A stretch of DNA of 64,000 nt from a virus, in IMG/VR virus record IMGVR_UViG_3300020198_000887, positions 1-64,000 of that record. One strand, 5' to 3'. The translations under genes were made by a program, and so were the position numbers. Positions 1 to 5,234 of this stretch are shown in pieces. The number at the start of each line of letters is the position of its first letter. Position 1 is the first letter of the stretch. Under the pieces are notes generated by a model. The model made no database searches, was not told the DNA's origin, and saw nothing but the letters and a program-made list of their open reading frames with translations.

Positions 1-271
1 CAACTGTAATTTTGACCTTAGGGGAAGATCATGAATAAATTAATGAAAGTAGCATTGATGGCATTGGTATCCAGCTTTGCGGTTGGTTGCGCAACCAACG
101 GCGACGTTGAAAATCTGCAAACACAAAGTTGGACAGCATGTTCAAAAAAATCACAACATAAGTAATAAAATTTAGAAGATTCATGGAATCTTCTAAAAAT
201 ATCCGTTGTATAATTGCAGACAAAGATTTAGACACATTAACACTTATACCGAAGGTGAATCCAAAAATTTT

Positions 272-502
272 ATGAAAATTGTTAAATTAAATAAGACACA
301 CACTTTATTTCATAAAGGATGTACAGTTGCATTGCGTTTCAATTCACCTTGGTCATCAGGGGCCATTCAATGTAGAAAAGCTCTAGCAACCATTGATAAT
401 ACAAAATGGTTTAAATTTAATAGTGGTCATAGAAGACCATACTGGATTGGTTTTACAGATGAAAAATTAGTAACTTGGTTATCATTAATAGTCGATAATT
501 AA
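272..502 (+). CDS. hypothetical phage protein
   Basis: ORF 206..502; ATG at 272 after AAGGTG is the likelier start. Confidence 0.5.
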   Translation: MKIVKLNKTHTLFHKGCTVALRFNSPWSSGAIQCRKALATIDNTKWFKFNSGHRRPYWIGFTDEKLVTWLSLIVDN

Positions 503-710
503 AAAAATGTGCCATAAGCAGTGAAAAATGTAGTGGTATGTATGTGATACAAATATTAAGTTCTTTTCAGCATAATTAATTGGGAAATACAAGCGACACT
601 AAATCGTAAGTTAGAAGGTTCAAATCCTTCAAAAAACAAAGAACCTGCTGTTAAAAATAACTCAACCATATTCAATACATAAACAATAAACTTATTTGAT
701 AAGTAGTTGT

Positions 711-1154
711 ATGTTAACAATTTATACCAATAATCAACAGCATACAACATATATAAAATTAACTGAAAAAATATCACAATTTGATAATGTTGGAATTTTA
801 TACTTGCACTTACCATTTTATGATGGTATAATAGATAAAATCAAACTAGATTACGATGTTCCATATAATGATGTTATATCAATAAATGAACATACGAAAA
901 ATTATAAAAGTTTACGGGATAAATTTAAGCGTGAACATTACCATAAAGATTTTGAAATGCGATATTTCACAAATGGGACTGCTACATTTTCAATAAGTAT
1001 TAATAATACGATCTTTGAACTTATAGTGGAACCAAATGATTTGATTTGTATACCACCCAATGTCAAGCATTGGTTCGATGCTGGGGATAATCCAAATTTT
1101 ACAGCAATACGATTTTTTACTGATAAAAATGGATGGGATGCAATTTATACTTGA
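711..1154 (+). CDS. mtnD: acireductone dioxygenase (ARD/MtnD-like cupin)
   Basis: EHYHKDFEMRYF (metal-binding EHxH..E), DLICIPPNVKHWFDAG and FTAIRFFTDKNGW match ARD cupin motifs. Confidence 0.8.
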   Translation: MLTIYTNNQQHTTYIKLTEKISQFDNVGILYLHLPFYDGIIDKIKLDYDVPYNDVISINEHTKNYKSLRDKFKREHYHKDFEMRYFTNGTATFSISINNTIFELIVEPNDLICIPPNVKHWFDAGDNPNFTAIRFFTDKNGWDAIYT

Positions 1155-1179
1155 CAGTTGACCACAGTTGGTATATAAT
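1151..1179 (+). promoter_or_regulatory. sigma70-type promoter for the RNA cluster
   Basis: TTGACA (1151-1156), 17-nt spacer, TATAAT (1174-1179). Confidence 0.8.
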
Positions 1180-1195
1180 ACATATATAGATTAAA

Positions 1196-1279
1196 AGGAT
1201 AGCTACAGCATCAACCAAATTACAGGTTCGATTCCAGTCCCTATAATGGGACTGCTTAACTGGTAAAGCATCTATCCTG
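1196..1279 (+). ncRNA. Y-RNA/YrlA-like RNA copy 1 (closing stem + CAGCA, reduced permuted tRNA module)
   Basis: AGGATAG pairs with CTATCCT; encloses T-loop GGTTCGATTCC, looped acceptor-like stem AGTCCC-TATAAT-GGGACT and D-arm GCTTAACTGGTAAAGC, in the order T, acceptor, D. Confidence 0.7.
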
Positions 1280-1334
1280 ATGAAGATTTATTGCGTTATG
1301 GCGATATGGAGAAATTGGTAAACTCAGCAGACTT

Positions 1335-2023
1335 ATGAAATTGAGCACACGTGATAGAAACACCCGGGTGAATGTACTTAAATTCGGTGAACTCTTAACA
1401 GGTAATGCTGATGACAATACCGAGCTAAATTTTGGATTGTATGTTACGACCTCTATATGTTGGGGTAAATGCATGACAGTTTGGACATAGTAATCGTAGA
1501 TTCGATAATTCATTATTTGTATTATCACCATCTATGTGATCTAATTCAAGCGAAATTGGTTTAGATAACCATTCGGATAAATTACAAGATGAACATATTG
1601 GGTTAAAAACCCCATTATTAAGTAATTTTATTTTTAATTTATATGAATGGATAGTTGAACCCTTTTGTAGATATTCTTCAATTGGTTTTGATCTTTCTGG
1701 AAATTTTCTTCCACCTAGATTCTGTCCAGTGAAATGACTAGTATCTAAATTAAAATGTTTTATAGCACGTTTCAATGTGGTATAATTCCCACCAGCTGGT
1801 GCAACATTTAATTTTTGTAATACTTGTCTTAAAGATACAGAAGTAACAACAGCGTTTTGTAAATCAGTTAACGTGTATTTAAATAGTTTCATAAAATAAT
1901 CCATTAGAAGTGTAGAGACTTAACAGGTACTACCTACGTTGTATTTATGCAATATGGTAAAGATAAAGTCCAGACCACAAACTATGTTTACTAAATATAG
2001 GTAGTGAAAACTATAGTGGTACG
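1335..2023 (+). mobile_element. group I intron in tRNA-Leu(UAA) after U34
   Basis: core elements AAATTCGGTGAA (P), CAATACCGAGC (Q), GTGTAGAGACT (R), AAGATAAAGTCC (S); 5' exon ends in U, intron ends in G. Confidence 0.9.
1425..1904 (-). CDS. HNH homing endonuclease, antisense within the intron
   Basis: CSSC...LELDHIDGDNTNNELSNLRLLCPNCH zinc-HNH motif; lies between intron Q and R elements. Confidence 0.88.
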   Translation of the reverse strand: MDYFMKLFKYTLTDLQNAVVTSVSLRQVLQKLNVAPAGGNYTTLKRAIKHFNLDTSHFTGQNLGGRKFPERSKPIEEYLQKGSTIHSYKLKIKLLNNGVFNPICSSCNLSEWLSKPISLELDHIDGDNTNNELSNLRLLCPNCHAFTPTYRGRNIQSKI

Positions 2024-2080
2024 AAAATCTGCCGTCGAAAGACTTCCCGGTTCGAGTCCGGGTATCGCTACCAAACAAAT

Positions 2081-2173
2081 GAAGAGTTGGGTGAGTGGTT
2101 AAAACCACCTTCCTGCTAAGAAGGCATACGGTTAAAAGCCGTATCGTGGGTTCAAACCCCACACTCTTCGCCA
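2081..2173 (+). tRNA. trnS: tRNA-Ser(GCU)
   Basis: GAAGAGT/ACTCTTC + GCCA; CCTTC-CTGCTAA-GAAGG; long variable arm. Confidence 0.92.
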
Positions 2174-2178
2174 AGTTT

Positions 2179-2233
2179 ATGATACATTTAGCAGTTTAAA
2201 AAACAAACTTAAAATTTGAAAAAACGTATCCTG
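2179..2233 (+). ncRNA. Y-RNA-like motif copy 2 (short, degenerate)
   Basis: ATGATACATTTAGCAG...CGTATCCTG, close to copy 3 ends (AGGATACATTCAGCAA...CGTATCCGG); A-rich interior. Confidence 0.5.
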
Positions 2234-2419
2234 TATAAATATTATATTCAACAACATATAGAATGGTATGAAATATACAAAGAAGTTGGGTTTGACGAGT
2301 TTGTAAGAAGAACTGGGTATAATTATTCAAAACCAAATTTAGTAACAGCATTTTCTAAATTAGTTCCGAATTTTATTCCACAAAACGGTAAGAAAAGATA
2401 TTCCCCTGTAGCTCAGTAG
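2216..2419 (+). pseudogene. ORF fragment, possibly the C-terminal remnant of an endonuclease-type gene
   Basis: protein-like 67-aa frame with no convincing start/RBS, running into tRNA-Asn. Confidence 0.3.
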
Positions 2420-2670
2420 GTAGAGCAGTTGACTGTCAAAAGGCAGCTTCTATTGGAAACAATAGTTGAAAAATCCATCAAATTCGGTGAAACCTAAAAT
2501 CGTATGAATATGGCAATACCGAGCCAAGCCTGGAAATAGGAAGGTGTAGAGACTAGACGGTGGAGACCTAAGTTCATAAGAATATGGTCGTGGTATAGTC
2601 CAGAGAGTAATGAAAATTGCACAAATCTGTAATCAATTGGTCGGCGGTTCGAGCCCGTCCGGGGGAGCCA
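2402..2670 (+). tRNA. trnN: tRNA-Asn(GUU), intron-containing; exons 2402-2436 and 2630-2670
   Basis: TCCCCTG/CGGGGGA + GCCA; spliced anticodon arm GTTGA-CTGT|TAA-TCAAT. Confidence 0.88.
2437..2629 (+). mobile_element. compact group I intron (193 nt, no ORF) between anticodon positions 35 and 36
   Basis: P1 CTGT|C-AAAA-GGCAG with U-G at the splice site; AAATTCGGTGAAACC, GGCAATACCGAGCC, GGTGTAGAGACT, GGTATAGTCC; terminal G. Confidence 0.88.
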
Positions 2671-2675
2671 AAATG

Positions 2676-2799
2676 CATAGCGTCGGCTTTACGCTATGGT
2701 AGGAAAGTGCCTACTGCTCAACGTATATGAGTATCTGCGAAGCAGAAACCTACGGGTTGCCTAACAAACTACAACTAGAGTTGTTATTCGAGTAACAAC
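2676..2799 (+). ncRNA. unidentified multi-hairpin structured RNA
   Basis: five abutting hairpins 2676-2758 plus a hairpin at 2780-2799. Confidence 0.45.
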
Positions 2800-2814
2800 A
2801 TAAGCAACTATTAT

Positions 2815-2891
2815 TGCGAGCTCGACTGTCTGGTGATGTCACCAGTTTCATAAGCTAGTTTAGGTCGGTCCGATTCCGGCACTCGTTTCCG
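2815..2891 (+). pseudogene. degenerate tRNA with CAU anticodon
   Basis: cloverleaf spacing with TTCATAA loop; mismatches in acceptor and anticodon stems, TCCGATT T-loop, no CCA. Confidence 0.6.
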
Positions 2892-2899
2892 GGTATTAC

Positions 2900-2965
2900 C
2901 GGAGATTAGACCAGTTTGGAAGGGCGATCCTATAGGTTATATGTTTTAAATCCTACCACTTCCGA
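2900..2965 (+). pseudogene. highly degenerate tRNA remnant (Pro-like body)
   Basis: CGGAGATTAGACCAGTTTGG...AAATCCTACCACTTCCGA resembles the 5' and 3' ends of a tRNA; middle is scrambled. Confidence 0.3.
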
Positions 2966-2992
2966 TGAGTTATACATATAAAAATTTAGCAT

Positions 2993-3069
2993 GGTCGGGT
3001 GACGGAATAGGCATACGTACAGATTTTAGATGTCTGGTGTTGGGAGTTCGATTCTCCCATCGACTACCA
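2993..3069 (+). tRNA. trnL: tRNA-Leu(UAG) with short variable loop
   Basis: Leu-type D arm ACGGAATAGGCATACGT; CAGAT-TTTAGAT-GTCTG; GGGAGTTCGATTCTCCC; ACCA end. Confidence 0.75.
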
Positions 3070-3197
3070 TATTAAAAAAATATTCATGGACCATGAATAG
3101 TGAGACAAATAATTTCTAACTACTTCATTGTGGTTTATATTTGGTACTGACCATGATTATGATTAATAAATATTAAAACATAAAATAAGGATGTATA

Positions 3198-3362
3198 ATG
3201 GCAGCAAGAAATGATGTAACTGGTGACCCTATTCAAACTAGGCCATCCTCTCAAGCATACCGTGACAATTGGGATGCTATTTTCGGTAAAAAGAAAGAAG
3301 ATAAAAAAGCGGTATCTGATACTTCACAAGAGAACAAATCTCTTGACAATAATAATAATTAA
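3198..3362 (+). CDS. small hypothetical phage protein (54 aa)
   Basis: AAGGA RBS; MAARNDVTGDPIQTRPSSQAYRDNWDAIFGKK; below the ORF-track cutoff. Confidence 0.7.
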   Translation: MAARNDVTGDPIQTRPSSQAYRDNWDAIFGKKKEDKKAVSDTSQENKSLDNNNN

Positions 3363-3371
3363 GGATATAAT

Positions 3372-3581
3372 ATGTCAACAGTTAGTAAATCAAGCAGACC
3401 ACGTAATGCACCTGGTAAAACACGTAATGGTAAAGTTAAAATTGTTTCACTTACATTATATCAACTACAAGAAATGATAGCAACTGTACATAGACCACGT
3501 GATAAATGTAAATATCAAAATTATATAAATGTTCTTATTAAAAAGGTAAATAAAAATGGCCGTAGAAATAATAAAATGTAG
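3372..3581 (+). CDS. small basic hypothetical protein
   Basis: AAGGA RBS; 69-aa ORF. Confidence 0.6.
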   Translation: MSTVSKSSRPRNAPGKTRNGKVKIVSLTLYQLQEMIATVHRPRDKCKYQNYINVLIKKVNKNGRRNNKM

Positions 3582-3708
3582 TTGTTCAGGCACACCAGCT
3601 GCTGAATTCCAAGACAAAACATATGGAAAAGGTATGCGAGTTATGAATTTAGATTTTAAAAAAGTAAACGCAACTTGTACAGTATGCGGTGCTAAACATA
3701 GGAATTAA
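3556..3708 (+). CDS. small zinc-ribbon protein (50 aa)
   Basis: MAVEIIKCSC...QDKTYGKGMRV...CTVCG; AAGGT RBS. Confidence 0.6.
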   Translation: MAVEIIKCSCSGTPAAEFQDKTYGKGMRVMNLDFKKVNATCTVCGAKHRN

Positions 3709-3716
3709 AGAATACA

Positions 3717-3792
3717 GCCCCTGTAGCTCAGTTGGTAGAGCGATTCACTTAAAGTGAGGATGATGTGGGTTCAAATCCTGTCGGGGGCCCCA
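3717..3792 (+). tRNA. tRNA with Thr-like class I body but anticodon loop CTTAAAG (UAA); function uncertain
   Basis: GCCCCTG/CGGGGGC + CCCA; canonical D and T arms; short variable loop. Confidence 0.65.
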
Positions 3793-3797
3793 ATTTT

Positions 3798-3909
3798 AGG
3801 ATACATTCAGCAAATCTAAAGCACCCTAGATGTCGTAGGTTCAAATCCTACATTCTCATAATGAGAATTAGCTCAGTTGGTAGAGCGCCAGGCTAAAAAC
3901 ACGTATCCG
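3798..3909 (+). ncRNA. Y-RNA/YrlA-like RNA copy 3 with a complete circularly permuted tRNA domain
   Basis: GGATAC/GTATCC closing stem + TTCAGCAA; CCTAG, ATGTC, T arm GTAGGTTCAAATCCTAC, ATTCTCA-TAA-TGAGAAT, TA, D arm GCTCAGTTGGTAGAGC, G, CCAGG. Confidence 0.82.
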
Positions 3910-3931
3910 GTTTTAATTACACGAGGCAAAC

Positions 3932-4207
3932 ATGACAACACAAGTAACAGCAAGACATATTTTAGTTGATACACTAGAAGAAGCGCAAGCATTAGCAAAA
4001 CAAATCAATGAAGGTTCAGATTTTGCACGATTGGCCAGACAACATTCAAAATGTCCTAGTGGAAAAAACGGTGGTGATTTGGGTACATTTGGCCGTGGAA
4101 TGATGGTTCAACCATTCGAAAATATTTCATTTGAACTAGAAATTGATGGGGTGAGTGACCCAGTACAAACACAGTTTGGGTATCACCTAATCAACAGAAC
4201 TGCATAA
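3932..4207 (+). CDS. ppiC: parvulin-type peptidyl-prolyl isomerase
   Basis: ARHILV, FARLARQHSKCPSGKNGGDLG, VQTQFGYHLI. Confidence 0.93.
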   Translation: MTTQVTARHILVDTLEEAQALAKQINEGSDFARLARQHSKCPSGKNGGDLGTFGRGMMVQPFENISFELEIDGVSDPVQTQFGYHLINRTA

Positions 4208-4208
4208 A

Positions 4209-4493
4209 ATGACATACCAAATTATTAACGAACGTGTTCTGGTTAAAAAACCAAACGACCCTAAAAAATCAGCATTTGGAATCATCATTGCCAATGACTC
4301 TTCTGAAAAAACTATTACTGGTGAAGTAATTGGAATTGGTGAAGGAAAACCATTGGAAAATGGTGATTATAGACCAATGACAGTTAAGGTGGGCGACAAA
4401 GTAATGCTACCGAACGGTATTGGGATTGAAGTAACGATTGATGAGCAAGAATGCATTGTTATTAAAGAAGATGATATTCTGTTAATAATGTAA
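4209..4493 (+). CDS. groES: co-chaperonin GroES
   Basis: ERVLVK...GIII...GEVIGIGEG...PMTVKVGDKV...IKEDDIL. Confidence 0.9.
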   Translation: MTYQIINERVLVKKPNDPKKSAFGIIIANDSSEKTITGEVIGIGEGKPLENGDYRPMTVKVGDKVMLPNGIGIEVTIDEQECIVIKEDDILLIM

Positions 4494-4500
4494 TGAAAAA

Positions 4501-4585
4501 GGGTTAGTTTCAGCAATATTATTGTACATGAAAAATACCAGACGCCAGGTAGGGAAATAAGCAATACCCAATGGCGACTAACCCG
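4501..4585 (+). ncRNA. Y-RNA-like motif copy 4
   Basis: GGGTTAGT/ACTAACCC stem, TTCAGCAA, internal CGCCA...TGGCG helix. Confidence 0.65.
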
Positions 4586-4592
4586 TATAAAT

Positions 4593-4677
4593 GCTGAAGT
4601 GACAGAATGGTTATGTACCGGTCTGCAAAACCGTAATTCCGAAAGGTAGTGTGGGTTCGTCCCAATCTTCAGCTCCA
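4593..4677 (+). tRNA. trnC: tRNA-Cys(GCA), atypical (long variable region, short T loop)
   Basis: GCTGAAG/CTTCAGC + TCCA (U73); loop CTGCAAA; extra CC-GAAA-GG arm. Confidence 0.7.
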
Positions 4678-4684
4678 TATTGTT

Positions 4685-4895
4685 AGGATGGGTTCCGCAA
4701 TAAAATTTAATTAATTCTATTAGTATAAATGCTACACTGGATGTATACAGTTATATGTAATGGATATTGCTAGAAAGAGTAACTAGATATGCTCCAATCT
4801 GAATATTGGATATTTCTTATAGAAATAAGATATGGTTGCGGATTATATCTGATGACAACCAGAAACAATAAAATACATCAAATCCGACCATCCCG
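4685..4895 (+). ncRNA. Y-RNA-like motif copy 5 with ~180-nt multi-hairpin insert
   Basis: GGATGG/CCATCC stem with GTTCCGCAA; internal hairpins such as TCCAAT/ATTGGA and TGGTTG/CAACCA. Confidence 0.55.
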
Positions 4896-4913
4896 TATAA
4901 CTTTTTTATTTTT

Positions 4914-5143
4914 ATGTCATATATAGTAGAATTACCACTTACCGCGAATATTGTCCAGAATGGTGGAAACAATTATGTTTAAAATATAATTCAATATCCG
5001 AAGATGAACTTTTAGAAGATACTATTCGTTCATATAGTATTGAAAATGGCGTAACTATACATCTTGATGAAGACCATGATGCAATTGAATACATTGAATT
5101 TAATAGTGAAGCACGATTTCAATGGTTTTTATTAAAGATATAA
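4914..5143 (+). pseudogene. probably frameshifted small phage gene
   Basis: ATG 4914 frame stops early; the -1 frame reads EYCPEWWKQL...EFNSEARFQWFLLKI* with no own start. Confidence 0.35.
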
Positions 5144-5171
5144 TTGACACCATTCCAAACTCTGCTTTAAT
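5144..5171 (+). promoter_or_regulatory. sigma70-type promoter of the TROVE-like gene
   Basis: TTGACA, 16-nt spacer, TG-N-TTTAAT. Confidence 0.55.
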
Positions 5172-5179
5172 ACAATTAT

Positions 5180-5219
5180 AGATTAGTAACAGCAATCAAG
5201 ATTACTACATACTAACCTG
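5180..5219 (+). promoter_or_regulatory. Y-RNA-like motif copy 6 in the 5' leader of the TROVE-like gene
   Basis: AGATTAGTA/TACTAACCT with ACAGCAA, ending 5 nt before the AGGAG RBS. Confidence 0.6.
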
Positions 5220-5234
5220 AAATAGGAGATATTC

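Larger units (their letters stand above)
1300..2073 (+). tRNA. trnL: tRNA-Leu(UAA), intron-containing; exons 1300-1334 and 2024-2073
   Basis: GGCGATA/TATCGCT acceptor + ACCA; spliced anticodon arm GCAGA-CTTAAAA-TCTGC; long variable arm; T arm CCCGGTTCGAGTCCGGG. Confidence 0.9.

Noticed and set aside
1256-2174. Minus-strand ORFs 1256-1531 and 1920-2174
   Set aside because: Antisense to tRNA and intron core sequence, with no protein motifs.
2699-2716. GGAAAGTGCC as part of RNase P RNA
   Set aside because: Other conserved RNase P regions are absent and the region is too short.
1196-5219. CAGCAA stem elements as terminators or transposon ends
   Set aside because: No U-tracts, variable structured interiors including tRNA-like modules, no target duplications or transposase.
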